The notes under the pieces were generated by a model that was given only the letters and a program-made list of their open reading frames with translations, had not been told where the DNA came from and searched no databases. Below, in pieces: positions 8,306 through 18,024 of a DNA stretch of 44,328 nucleotides (the first letter of the stretch is position 1; the number at the start of each line of letters is the position of its first letter). Source of the stretch: Tubiluchus corallicola (taxonomy: Eukaryota; Animalia; Priapulida); NCBI GenBank assembly GCA_030141605.1, contig JAQGDQ010002429.1, forward strand, positions 1 through 44,328, read 5' to 3'. The translations under genes were made by a program, and so were the position numbers.

Positions 8306-10291
8306 TTAATTTGAAAAAGAGATATACGGAACAATCGCCGTCATCGTCAGAGGCAGCGGTTGATCCTGCAAAATCTGTACGCTCTGTTGGCGCCTGTGAA
8401 CACCCTCCATGGATATTTCACGATCACCAGAAAATAAAACCGGCGCGCCATCCATAGCCAACGATAAATAACGCGTCGGCAATTGCTGGCAATCTTCCGA
8501 TATACCCCCTACTTTTCCACCAACCGTAGCGAAAAAACGAACATTGATCTTATAAAGACGCCTCATGCTGCCAAGACGATTGTCGTTAAAACTATTGGGA
8601 TCAATAATCATGCTCTCATATAAAGAGTCATACTGAAACCCTATATAAACACACGAAGCTTCCGTCTCCAAAAAAACACGCCCATTGTCCACAACCTCAG
8701 GTTTGTGACAACATCCGTCCGCTAAAATACTCACCTCTTCTCCCTCAAGATGCTCCAGCCCATCAATAAAATTCGTCTTCTCTCCCTCGTAGACAATACC
8801 GCTGTCAACAAAAAAAGCGCCTTGAAAATCACTCTCTCCAGAAGGAATATATTGCGGCGTTAGAAATTCAATATACCTCTTGATCCTATCGCCAACCTTC
8901 CGACGAACAACAAGCCATAACACTTCCTGATCCTGATAGCGAGAAACAGCGATATCCTCTATGAAACTTTGCTCCCCCCCTATATCATGCCGATGCCAGG
9001 AAATAATAGAACTGTCCCGAAAAAGAGTCGCCCCAAGAAGCCGCCCGTCACACCCTTTCGCCCAAAGTGTATACCATGGATTTTGCTGCCAGATAATTTT
9101 GTCAATTTTATTATGCAATAAATGACGCGATAAAATAGAAATATCCGGCGTTTTCCAAGCGTCATTCTCAAAACTCCAGACCATCTCATGAACACTTCTT
9201 CCGCTACTATGAATAAAAACCATAAGATTATCCGTCTGAGCAGGAATCGACGCCGCTGACGATAAAGATGTCTCCCGTAGAACATTGATATTAAACGGAG
9301 TCAAACTTGCCCCTAAATCTGTCGGAACAATACGAAACCCACCATTATTCGCGCCCGCGAAAAGCTCTCTTCCCGCAAAAAGCCACTGAATATTTGTATC
9401 CCCCTCTCCTAAAACAGTCACTGTAATCGCTTTGTCATCTTCTATCTGCCCATGAGCAGTCGGAGAAAAATTGTCAATATCCCTGTTTGAGGAAAACCAA
9501 ATCGTATCCGGATAATCCCTCACACCCGCCGCGACAATCCTGTTTTCAAAGATAATTCCACACGATGGCCAACCGGTCTTCTCACTCCAGGCGCCAAGAC
9601 GCCACTGGTTCGTCAAAAGCGATGCGGCAAAGCCTTTCTTAGTATCACACATAACTTCCTTATAGTTGAGAAACTCGGTAATAACACCCCATCCCCAATT
9701 TTCATCATGCTCTAACCGTATGAGCCGGCCAACATCATCGCTTCGAAAATATTCCGCTGTACATCTGATCTTAACATGCCCAGACAGCGCGGTGACATGC
9801 ATTCTTTCTTCTGTCGTATTCACATCCAGCCATGGACCATCCTGCATTTTAAAAACACTTAAAAACCAGCCTTCCTCATTTAAAACAAGCTGGTGAGGAC
9901 ACACATCCGGATGCCACAAAAATAATGTCGACTTATACTGACACCATTTAAGATCACGAACCATACCTTCTGACCAAGGCGCAGAGGATTCACACAAGAC
10001 AGATTTCTTATCATCATCCGCCCTGATAACACGATAGTAACAATCCCCAAACTCAATCATAAAAGCACCATACCGACGAACCGCGAACGGAATTAAGCAG
10101 GCCCTTTTATTGTCTTTTGTCTCAAGGACAAACCGTGTCCCAGGACGACGGGTCACAGGGCCCTGAGGCATCGGAAGCATATTCTTCAACACTTTACACG
10201 CATGAGCATAACGAGGAAGATCAACACGACCATAAAGCCATGGGGACCATTCTCCTGCGTTCGCTGTCGTAATAAGAGGTAAATAACGCAT
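8306..10291 (-). CDS. Tail tubular protein B / nozzle (T7 gp12-like)
   Basis: N-terminal NAGEWSPWLYGRVDL...NMLPMPQGPVTRRPGTRF, SWHRHDIGG, GLEHLEGEEVSILADG and C-terminal QDQPLPLTM. Confidence 0.85.
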   Translation of the reverse strand: MRYLPLITTANAGEWSPWLYGRVDLPRYAHACKVLKNMLPMPQGPVTRRPGTRFVLETKDNKRACLIPFAVRRYGAFMIEFGDCYYRVIRADDDKKSVLCESSAPWSEGMVRDLKWCQYKSTLFLWHPDVCPHQLVLNEEGWFLSVFKMQDGPWLDVNTTEERMHVTALSGHVKIRCTAEYFRSDDVGRLIRLEHDENWGWGVITEFLNYKEVMCDTKKGFAASLLTNQWRLGAWSEKTGWPSCGIIFENRIVAAGVRDYPDTIWFSSNRDIDNFSPTAHGQIEDDKAITVTVLGEGDTNIQWLFAGRELFAGANNGGFRIVPTDLGASLTPFNINVLRETSLSSAASIPAQTDNLMVFIHSSGRSVHEMVWSFENDAWKTPDISILSRHLLHNKIDKIIWQQNPWYTLWAKGCDGRLLGATLFRDSSIISWHRHDIGGEQSFIEDIAVSRYQDQEVLWLVVRRKVGDRIKRYIEFLTPQYIPSGESDFQGAFFVDSGIVYEGEKTNFIDGLEHLEGEEVSILADGCCHKPEVVDNGRVFLETEASCVYIGFQYDSLYESMIIDPNSFNDNRLGSMRRLYKINVRFFATVGGKVGGISEDCQQLPTRYLSLAMDGAPVLFSGDREISMEGVHRRQQSVQILQDQPLPLTMTAIVPYISFSN

Positions 10292-10304
10292 GATCCCCCC
10301 CTCT

Positions 10305-10862
10305 TTAAATCATTCTGGATTCAATCCAACCGCTGTGCTCTATCGATCCGGCGGTCCCCTCCTGAGCGTCTGCCGATCGCGCCCTTGCGTACTCAATTTC
10401 AAAACGTCGGTATAAATCCTCCCCAAGCGACTGGTTGTCCGTTAAAACAGGCGCTAACTCAGCCGCCATTTTCGCCGCGATAACACGACGTAAACGCGCG
10501 TCCATCTCGCTGGCGCTAATACGGGAAATATACGTAATACGAGCAAAAGAAGCATCACTAAGCAACTGCCTTCCCTCGCACCGCCACGGCTCCCCTTCTT
10601 CAAACTGCCATACCCGTAAACAGGAGTCCGGAAGCTGAAATTGATACTGAAAACCCCACTCGGGCGCTGACGATAAAGGCGATAAAAATTTACGCCGAAT
10701 AGCACAGTTCCAAGGGTAATCCTGTATGACCTCATCTCGAATCTCCGGCCAGAGACTAGCGCAAATCCCCGACAAAACCGTCCCCTCATCAAACGAGGTG
10801 ATATTCTCCGATTGAACCAGCCATAATGCCCTATTACAAATTTCTATCTCCTTTGAAGCCAT
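10305..10862 (-). CDS. Tail tubular protein A / head-tail adaptor (T7 gp11-like)
   Basis: EIEICNRALWLV...ITSFDE, YPWNCA, FQYQFQLPDSCLRV, ARSADAQEG; typical size and position. Confidence 0.85.
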   Translation of the reverse strand: MASKEIEICNRALWLVQSENITSFDEGTVLSGICASLWPEIRDEVIQDYPWNCAIRRKFLSPLSSAPEWGFQYQFQLPDSCLRVWQFEEGEPWRCEGRQLLSDASFARITYISRISASEMDARLRRVIAAKMAAELAPVLTDNQSLGEDLYRRFEIEYARARSADAQEGTAGSIEHSGWIESRMI

Positions 10863-10896
10863 ACCTTTTCCTCCTTGCTCACCCGCTATAGTCCCT

Positions 10897-11358
10897 CTAA
10901 TCCATCACATAAGAAACATAACCGTATAAAATATTCCCGCTATTAACCGCTCCATTGAAAATATAAGATGATACCGTCACACCTTTCCTCGTCTTCAATA
11001 ACGTCGCGGGATGAAATATTTTCTCCCCTGATGAGGCAATATTGATATTAGACGCTATCGCAGAGTAATCTTCCAAAACCTCCTCTCCATCAATATTCAC
11101 AAAAGGCATATAGCCAATATTCATCTTCTTGCTGCCACCCCAGCTGTTGTAATAACAATAGAGCGATAAAATCCGTAAACATCCCGCCGGCAGCTTTATA
11201 AGCCTGACAAGAGTGATCGTGTCACTATGATTTTCTTCCGGGCGAAACTCAAAAAACGCAACCCTGATACGCCCATGTAAATCTGTTGTCGCATTGTGAA
11301 TAATCGGAACACTCTCCATATCCGCAATCTGTTTGGACTCTAAAATTTTTATGCTCAT
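10897..11358 (-). CDS. Putative capsid decoration/minor structural protein
   Basis: Beta-rich 153-aa ORF immediately after the major capsid gene. Start moved to ATG 11358, which follows an AGGGGG RBS (the ORF track starts at 11406). Confidence 0.55.
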   Translation of the reverse strand: MSIKILESKQIADMESVPIIHNATTDLHGRIRVAFFEFRPEENHSDTITLVRLIKLPAGCLRILSLYCYYNSWGGSKKMNIGYMPFVNIDGEEVLEDYSAIASNINIASSGEKIFHPATLLKTRKGVTVSSYIFNGAVNSGNILYGYVSYVMD

Positions 11359-11414
11359 TTTTCCCCCTGTCTTATATGTTTCAAAGCATCTTCCATACAG
11401 ATGCATCCCGCCTT

Positions 11415-12311
11415 TTAAATCGTCTCATCACAGAGAATCTCAACAACTTTCCTCTCCTCCATCCTTGTCGCTCCACACTCCAAGGAAGCATAGACCTGTA
11501 CCGCATTGCGCTTGTCTTTTCGATACGAGATATCCGTCTTAATATTCCCCGCACACGCCAACACAATTCCCGACTTGGACCAGCATAATACACTCCTGAC
11601 TTTATCCTTGGTAACCCCCAGTAAATGAGAACTGACACGAATAAACTTAAATCCCAAAAATGTATCAATTTTCCCGTCCACAAGAGCCTGAACAGTGTTA
11701 TAATCCATACTGGTAACCTCTGTCGTCCGTAGCAAGTTGCTGATTTGCCGCGCTGTAACAGCGCAATATTGCGCCTCATCATCATCTACATCCGCGTCAT
11801 CAAGCATCTCACGCGCAATCCTAAGCTTGTCAATCGTTAAGCCGCTCGCCTGCGCGCTTCCCGATTCCGACCAGTCAACAGAAATCCGCTGAGAATCCGG
11901 AAAAGGCACCGCCGTATTCCCCTTGCGACCCGACCATGCTGTCGATGTCGCCGCGATAATAATACGCTCGTCCTTCTTACGCCCTAAAGCATAAGACGCG
12001 TTTTGAGCATAAGCCGACGTCGGATCAACCAACATGCTCAGCTGATCCTGCCGATCAATAAGATCCCCCCAATCCGCAGATACCAAAGTAACAGCCCGCC
12101 TGTCATGACGAGTCTCCACAAGAGGCGTGTCCGCATGACGCGTCGTAACATCAATCGCTTCCGTAGGACCAATACGATCATAAAAATAACGCTCTACACC
12201 TTGAATCTCATTGCGAACACAAGGCGCTAACTTCGACCCTCTCTGCTGTAAATTCAGCTCCACAGCATGATGATAACCATCCGCATGAAACATCGTAATT
12301 GATTCAGACAT
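11415..12311 (-). CDS. Major capsid protein (BPP-1 Bbp17/T7-like family)
   Basis: LQQRGSKL, RHADTP, DWGDLIDRQD...LVDPTSAY, ALGRKKDERII, EVTSMDYN...LVDGKIDTFLGFKF, GATRMEERKVV. Confidence 0.9.
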   Translation of the reverse strand: MSESITMFHADGYHHAVELNLQQRGSKLAPCVRNEIQGVERYFYDRIGPTEAIDVTTRHADTPLVETRHDRRAVTLVSADWGDLIDRQDQLSMLVDPTSAYAQNASYALGRKKDERIIIAATSTAWSGRKGNTAVPFPDSQRISVDWSESGSAQASGLTIDKLRIAREMLDDADVDDDEAQYCAVTARQISNLLRTTEVTSMDYNTVQALVDGKIDTFLGFKFIRVSSHLLGVTKDKVRSVLCWSKSGIVLACAGNIKTDISYRKDKRNAVQVYASLECGATRMEERKVVEILCDETI

Positions 12312-12326
12312 TTTTCCCCCTATTCT

Positions 12327-13034
12327 TTACTTATTCCGTGTAATTGCTTGCGTTAAATTATTGATCTTCTTCATCGCGCTTTTATGAGAAGGATGTCCCT
12401 TATCCATAAGTGCTGACATAAAATCACGATCCTGCGATAACGCCATCCTCTTTTCATGCGCCCGCTGAGGTGAAAGCATCGCCTCTGAATCCTGATGGCC
12501 CGCAAGACTGTCTTCCGTCATGGCATCCCCGATAGACGCGAGCGCGTCCATCACTTTCATACCTCCCACAATATCTTCTAAAATGGCAACAGATTCCGGA
12601 TCCATACCAAAATATCGCGCGGCCCTCCTAGCGCTCTCAAGCTTTACGCTAAAATCCGCACCCCACTGTTGCCGCATACGATCAGAAAACGCCATATGAT
12701 CCATATACAGCTCTTCACGAGACTGTTTCCATTTGCTAAAAATCGTCTCTATAAAAGCATTATGAATTGCCTCCGCCTGCTTTCGCGTCAGACTCTGATC
12801 ATAAGCGCATTGGCGAAACCAGTCGGTCATATCATGATCATAAATCTCCTCCATATGCTTTGGGCACGTAAACGCATAAGAATCCAAGCTTTCCGGCGCT
12901 TCTACACGCTCCTTAAGACTGAGAAAAGCACGAATAACATCATTCATATTTTCCCACCCTTCCCGTTGCGCTATCGCGTCTAAATCGACCCCTATATCAA
13001 CAGATTCGCTCTTGTTGTTCATATCATTCTTCAT
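12327..13034 (-). CDS. Capsid scaffolding/assembly protein, putative
   Basis: Lies between portal and capsid genes; helical, APESLDSY, QQWGADF and C-terminal DKGHPSHKSAM motif. Likely start is ATG 13034 after GAGGA. Confidence 0.7.
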   Translation of the reverse strand: MKNDMNNKSESVDIGVDLDAIAQREGWENMNDVIRAFLSLKERVEAPESLDSYAFTCPKHMEEIYDHDMTDWFRQCAYDQSLTRKQAEAIHNAFIETIFSKWKQSREELYMDHMAFSDRMRQQWGADFSVKLESARRAARYFGMDPESVAILEDIVGGMKVMDALASIGDAMTEDSLAGHQDSEAMLSPQRAHEKRMALSQDRDFMSALMDKGHPSHKSAMKKINNLTQAITRNK

Positions 13035-13314
13035 TTCTATTTTCCTCAATTACCTTTAAGATATCCAAAGAGTGTGTCTCTAACATTTCAAGAATATGCA
13101 GAAAGACATCACGAGCCCCTTCATTAAACGCCGTCTGATAAGGATCATTCGGAACAAAACTTGTCTGCCCCATGCGACAATAAACCGCAAGGTCTGCCAA
13201 GACATCTTTTGAGGCCTAACTTCCATCCCCTAACGTCGACTGCCACGCGAATAAAATATCCCTCGCTTTCTTCTTTCCCCATAGCCTAACAAGCCACTCT
13301 ACGCTGTTTTTCAT
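13024..13314 (-). pseudogene. Bbp19-like small phage protein interrupted by an in-frame TAG (codon 33, 13216-13218)
   Basis: Hand translation: MKNSVEWLVRLWGKKKARDILFAWQSTLGDGS*ASKDVLADLAVYCRMGQTSFVPNDPYQTAFNEGARDVFLHILEMLETHSLDILKVIEENRNEE. It fills the portal-scaffold gap and is absent from the ORF track. Confidence 0.75.
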
Positions 13315-13352
13315 AAACCGTTCTTCTCTTTCCCATGGTGGGCTTTTCAACC

Positions 13353-14909
13353 CTATCCCTCTATACCCTCTTGCTTTTCACGTACCATACCTTTGTCATA
13401 ATACGCCTCTCTCATCTGACTGACCTCTTGAAGAGGGCGGACAATCCTCGCCGGAAGACCATAGGCGTGCGCTAAAACACGCACGGCTTCATCCGTGTCA
13501 AAATTGTCCCATACCTCCGGGTAATAAGCCGCCATCGATTCAATCGCCTCAAAAGACCTGAGAACAGACGTTCCCTCAGTCGCTTTCTGCGCTCGCGCCA
13601 ACGGGCTGACATACCCAATATCAATATATTCATTTCCTTTGAGAATATCCGGCAAAGGCGGCAATAAACCACTGCGCTTCATAATGTTAAACTGCCGCTT
13701 GATTAAAGGATCAAGAAACTCCGATTGAATCCGACCTAAATGCGGACCCATCAAGCGAAGCTTTTCCTCCTGACGCATCAGCGCTTCCGTCGCTGTTTTC
13801 AGCGGCTGGCCAATCATCATCATCAAAGACCAACAGAACGCTTCACGAATAGCCTCCCGCCTCTGCTCCTCAAGCTCAAGTCCTGGACCTATACTGTTTC
13901 CTGAATGAAGAGGTTCATAATTTTTTCTACCCGTAACAGGATCAATCCCGCCATAAATAATCCCCCCCGGTACAGTTCGAATTCCTCGGACAGACGCTTC
14001 ATCAGGCGCTAAAAGAGGAGGATCCGCCTGCTTCTGAGCCGCGACAATCGTTGTCTTGCTCATGGCGTTCACCATGCGAATATCAGGAAGCGCAGACATA
14101 GCAGGACTCTCTCCATAAGGGCTATGAGTCGTCGTGGACCAACGGGGAACCTGCCAGGGAAATTCATAATATCCCCCCTCTGAAACAATCTGCCCACTTT
14201 CTTTCTCCACATAAAAAGATAGCCATGGCATACACTGCAATACAGCGCTCTTCCTTAAAGCGCCATGCATACTGTCGCGTGGAAAAATAGCGTGAGTAAA
14301 CGTAAATTTCTTATCCGGAGATTTCTCAAGCGCCTTTCTCATCTTAGGAGGAAGAGCCGACTCCCCCCACATAGCGACCGCGTTGGAAACCGTCAGATCA
14401 AATTGCCGGAATAAAGTATCAACCTGCTCTGCCGCGTTCTCAACAATACAACATTCAAAAACAGGACGACAGGAATATAAAATCTTATCATCCTTCTGTA
14501 GTTCACCAACATAAAAAAACGCCGTCCCAAAACAGACTAAATCCATATAAAGATCCTGAACACGCGCGTAAAAACGTTGCCCTCCCGATAAAAATGTACG
14601 CCGCATTCTTCTGGTCACTTCATCAAGCCATAAACGCACATCCCTCCTGTCATCAATATCCGCGTCATAATGATGAAGTGTAAACCATTCATTGGCAGCA
14701 TTGGTCATCATCCCCCAAAGTCCCGAAGAAAGATAACTCGCGGCTATTGAGGCCGTACTATCATAAATTTGCCTCTGATGACCAGATGCCTTCATATGCA
14801 TCGGGCGCACAAAAGAGTCTATTTCATGCCATTGCCGCTCTTTAAAATTTCTCTCTGTTAGCAAATCCTCATGACGACATAAAATTTCCAATGCTCTACT
14901 ATCCTGCAT
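13353..14909 (-). CDS. Portal protein (head-to-tail connector, T7 gp8/Bbp21-like)
   Basis: IYDSTA, DLVCFGTA, EGGYYEFP, YGESPAMSALPDIR, KTATE, LGRIQSEFLDPLIKR, YVSPLARAQK. Confidence 0.92.
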   Translation of the reverse strand: MQDSRALEILCRHEDLLTERNFKERQWHEIDSFVRPMHMKASGHQRQIYDSTASIAASYLSSGLWGMMTNAANEWFTLHHYDADIDDRRDVRLWLDEVTRRMRRTFLSGGQRFYARVQDLYMDLVCFGTAFFYVGELQKDDKILYSCRPVFECCIVENAAEQVDTLFRQFDLTVSNAVAMWGESALPPKMRKALEKSPDKKFTFTHAIFPRDSMHGALRKSAVLQCMPWLSFYVEKESGQIVSEGGYYEFPWQVPRWSTTTHSPYGESPAMSALPDIRMVNAMSKTTIVAAQKQADPPLLAPDEASVRGIRTVPGGIIYGGIDPVTGRKNYEPLHSGNSIGPGLELEEQRREAIREAFCWSLMMMIGQPLKTATEALMRQEEKLRLMGPHLGRIQSEFLDPLIKRQFNIMKRSGLLPPLPDILKGNEYIDIGYVSPLARAQKATEGTSVLRSFEAIESMAAYYPEVWDNFDTDEAVRVLAHAYGLPARIVRPLQEVSQMREAYYDKGMVREKQEGIEG

Positions 14910-15026
14910 TTTTATTGCTTCCCCTTAATTCAATACCACTTGAATTGAAATGTGAATAAAATAAAACCCGCCTCTTTTACTTAACAGAGTAAAACACCTA
15001 TATCCCTCTCATTATGAAACAAATAT

Positions 15027-15052
15027 ATTCTATAAATATTCACTTTCTGTTC
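15027..15052. promoter_or_regulatory. Tandem LexA-like boxes (ATTC-N7-ATTC-N7-GTTC) upstream of the portal gene
   Basis: ATTCtataaatATTCactttctGTTC; the alphaproteobacterial SOS box is GTTC-N7-GTTC. Confidence 0.4.
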
Positions 15053-15085
15053 ATATTTACAGCCATTAAACATTCTTTGGTTTTT

Positions 15086-15571
15086 CTACTCACTTTTTTT
15101 ATTCAATAAGCTGTATAAAATAAAATCCTCCCGCAAACGGCCAAAGGCAGGCAAATAAGCTTCCTTATAAAATCCAAGACACTCAAGCCATCTGTGTGTT
15201 CTCTCATAACAGGCAAGGCTATAGCAGATCATTCTATGCATTCCTTTTTTTTCAAGCGATTTAAGAAATCTGTTCCTGATATATAGTGTCGCGGCAATAG
15301 AAACATCCGGCCAACGATCTGTCGCAAACATCGCCCCCCCATATACACCTGGCCATAACTGCGGAGCCGCGACAATCGCAACAGGAATAACCCTATGCCC
15401 CTCCTTGATCGCGATCTCTACGCCATTATAGTTTTCCTCCGCAATATCATGGGCGATCGTCTCAATCTCATCACCATACCGCAGCGCCATAATCTCCTGA
15501 TGATCACAAGACCGTATACGCGAAACGACAAAAGCGATATTTTCATAACAAAGCTTTTGAAAAATAACCAC
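15086..15571 (-). CDS. GNAT-fold phage protein (T7 gp13-like/acetyltransferase-like)
   Basis: IRSCDHQEI, WPGVYGGAMFATDRW, THRWLECLGFYKEAYLPAFGRLREDF. Confidence 0.65.
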   Translation of the reverse strand: MVIFQKLCYENIAFVVSRIRSCDHQEIMALRYGDEIETIAHDIAEENYNGVEIAIKEGHRVIPVAIVAAPQLWPGVYGGAMFATDRWPDVSIAATLYIRNRFLKSLEKKGMHRMICYSLACYERTHRWLECLGFYKEAYLPAFGRLREDFILYSLLNKKSE

Positions 15572-15621
15572 ATTTCCTCCTTATCCCGCAACTTCCCGCT
15601 GATAGATATCAACAATTCCTC

Positions 15622-17195
15622 TCACCAAGAAAAAGGATCATAATCCTCCCTCTCATTCCCTATAGGACGTTGACGCTCACGGTAAAGGCTTTTATTCCTA
15701 GAAATCAGCCAGGCAAACGTCAACGCGGCAGCGTCACCCGCATCTGTTGAAAATCCCAGCCGTTTGCGGATATTTTCTTTCGACTCCAATAAAAGCTGCT
15801 CGCTGGAATTAAACCGAAACATCGGCGCGCAAAAATGACGATGCAAAATATCATCATCAGGAATATCCGCGCCTCCGGGATCCATAATCCATTCTCTTAA
15901 ACGTCCCCACATCTCCGCTCTTTTGTTCGCATATTGCCGTGTATCATCCGCTTTAGAACCAAAGTTCACCAAGGAAATAATCGACTCAAACCCCAGCTCC
16001 ACAAGACGATCATAAATCGCCGCGCCACCACCACCAGAATCAATACACGCCAGATAAGCCCCTGTTTTCTCAATAATATTCGCGATCCAACCCGCTAACT
16101 CCATACTGTTATCACTGTCGCGATGCTCGTTCACATGGCTTCCCAAACGACGACCGCAACGATCAATAATCCACGATAAATCACCTCCCCCTCTTGCGAC
16201 ATCAATACCTAGTATAATTCTATGATGAGGGCTGCTTTCCAACTGATTACGACGCGCAGCCAAAACATACTCGGGCTTGATAAACGTATAGTGAGAAGCG
16301 GAAGTCTGAAACGCCTCCACCGCTGTCGCCGGAAACTCCTGCTTGAATTTCCAGCAAGGTCCCATTTCCGGATTCTCACCAACCCCCTTGGCTAGCACTT
16401 CATTTCGGCGAAAAGCCCAAAAAAGCTGCTCATCATTAAGAGAATAGCTTTTCCCATACTCACGCCACGCTGTCGGAAAACTCCACCCCTTAGGCACAGA
16501 GCGACAATAACCCTCATTCCAAAACCAAGGAAGAAAAATAAGCTCAAACTCCCCTTTTCCAGACTCCGCCGCTACACACATTTCATAAAATACTCCGCCA
16601 ATACCATTGGCCGTGCTTTCTAAAATAATTTCTGTGTCATCCTGATCAGCAACAGCTGTTACAGCGCTAGCAACATTACTATCTGCTCGAGGCCAGAAAG
16701 AAATTTCCGACCCATGAAAAAACTGAATTGTATCAGAGCGACCAATATCTCTCCCTCCTGCCGTTGCAGCATGATAGCTGCTATCAAGACGATTAAAATA
16801 CATTTCACTCACATTACTCCGACCCATATAAGGACAAACAAATGTAGGGCAATATTTCTGAAATCGGCGCGCCATCTCCAGCAAATTCATGGTTGCCTCC
16901 TTGCGATGAGCCACCAAAAGACAACGAACTCCACGACGATGTGTTATATAATGATAACTGCGCGCAACAACATAGGTTGATATTCCTAATTGACGCGCCT
17001 TTAAAATCAATATCCGAGCCCGACCTGTTTTTTTTTCTGTGTGCAAATCTTCTGATGAAGTATAAATTGTGTTCGATTTAATTTTAAAGAACGAATACCT
17101 TGTGTTGTTGTCCTGATCTTAAGGCACTTTTGGGCATAATATGAAAAATCGTCTCGTAACCTCTCACGGATACGACGTTCATATAAATCCATCAT
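15622..17195 (-). pseudogene. terL: Terminase large subunit, split by a frameshift at an A9 tract (17028-17036)
   Basis: N-terminal piece (DDFSYYAQKCLKIRT...LKLNRTQ, 17007-17201) and main piece (ILKARQLGIST Walker A, FHGSEISFW Walker B, ESTANG motif III, GIDVARGGGD nuclease) join as QKKKTGRARIL if one A is added. Confidence 0.85.
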
Positions 17196-17565
17196 CAACA
17201 CCAGAATAAAAACCGTTAAGATGTTCCTCTATTCTGTTTTCCAAAGAGCGACGCTGATCTTCTTCTAGATGTGGAAATAGATCATTATCACGTATTAAAG
17301 GGGATAAAGATTCCGGGCTAATCGCAAAAGCACGCTCCGCTAAAGCCATATCACAACCCAACAAAAACTCCCGCCGATATTTATTGGCGCTCTCACAGTC
17401 AATTTCCTCCATTACCTCGTCAGCCGCTATCCTTCCTAAAGCAAGATGATAAACCAATTGAGCAATATCCTCTGTCTCCGCCCTTGCCCAGACTTTTTCA
17501 CAACAGCTTAAAAATTGCTCAAGAGATAAGTCACTATTAATAAATTCAAATCCCTTCTCTGACAT
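17179..17565 (-). CDS. Hypothetical protein in the phage module (128 aa, acidic)
   Basis: GAGGA RBS; stop overlaps the terL start region; no motif recognised. Confidence 0.65.
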   Translation of the reverse strand: MSEKGFEFINSDLSLEQFLSCCEKVWARAETEDIAQLVYHLALGRIAADEVMEEIDCESANKYRREFLLGCDMALAERAFAISPESLSPLIRDNDLFPHLEEDQRRSLENRIEEHLNGFYSGVDDGFI

Positions 17566-17608
17566 ATTTTTTCCTCACCTATTTTTCATTAAAGCAAATA
17601 ATAGTGCA

Positions 17609-17947
17609 TTAATCTATAAATTCTTCAAATTCAGCAAGTGCGTCTTCATGCTGAAAGCTCGCTTTATTATTATCTATCTGACTAAATTGCATGTATAAGC
17701 GGGTAATAAGGACAAGAGTCCTGATATTTTTATTAAAAAGATCATTTTTTATTTCATCAGAAAGATCCGTGCGACCTTCAGTCTGGATTGTCTTTAATTC
17801 TGTTAAGGCCTGCAAAAACTCTAGTCGCTCCTTAATGGAAATATTCATCCATTTTTTAAACGTTTTCTTTTCTACGAATTTTTTTCCGGTAATTTTTCGA
17901 ACAGAGGCATAAATATCTTCATATTTTTCTATACTATATCCATTCAT
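17609..17947 (-). CDS. Hypothetical protein, possible terminase small subunit
   Basis: First gene of the module, upstream of terL; C-terminal HEDALAEF resembles tails seen on small terminase subunits. Confidence 0.45.
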   Translation of the reverse strand: MNGYSIEKYEDIYASVRKITGKKFVEKKTFKKWMNISIKERLEFLQALTELKTIQTEGRTDLSDEIKNDLFNKNIRTLVLITRLYMQFSQIDNNKASFQHEDALAEFEEFID

Positions 17948-17989
17948 TTTTCTTTTTTAAAAGCATATACTATAAATAATTAAGACTAT

Positions 17990-18018
17990 ATTTTATTCCA
18001 AAAAAGCGTAAATGTCAA
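17990..18018 (-). promoter_or_regulatory. Near-consensus sigma70 promoter facing the phage module
   Basis: Minus strand TTGACA (18018-18013), 17 bp, TAAAAT (17995-17990), about 40 bp upstream of ATG 17947. Confidence 0.65.
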
Positions 18019-18024
18019 TACAAT

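Larger units (their letters stand above)
5717..17947 (-). mobile_element. Podovirus-type (BPP-1/T7-like) virion morphogenesis module; cryptic prophage remnant or GTA-like element
   Basis: Co-oriented terminase, portal, scaffold, major capsid, adaptor, nozzle and tail fibre genes. No integrase, replication or lysis genes. Flanked by udg and usp. Confidence 0.85.

Noticed and set aside
11359-11424. Possible T7 10A/10B-style -1 frameshift fusing capsid to the next ORF (the -1 frame is open across the stop)
   Set aside because: No in-frame X_XXY_YYZ slippery heptamer, and the next ORF has its own RBS and ATG at 11358.
13216-13218. Amber-recoded genetic code in the phage module
   Set aside because: Only one internal TAG; portal and other module genes terminate at TAG with sensible lengths.
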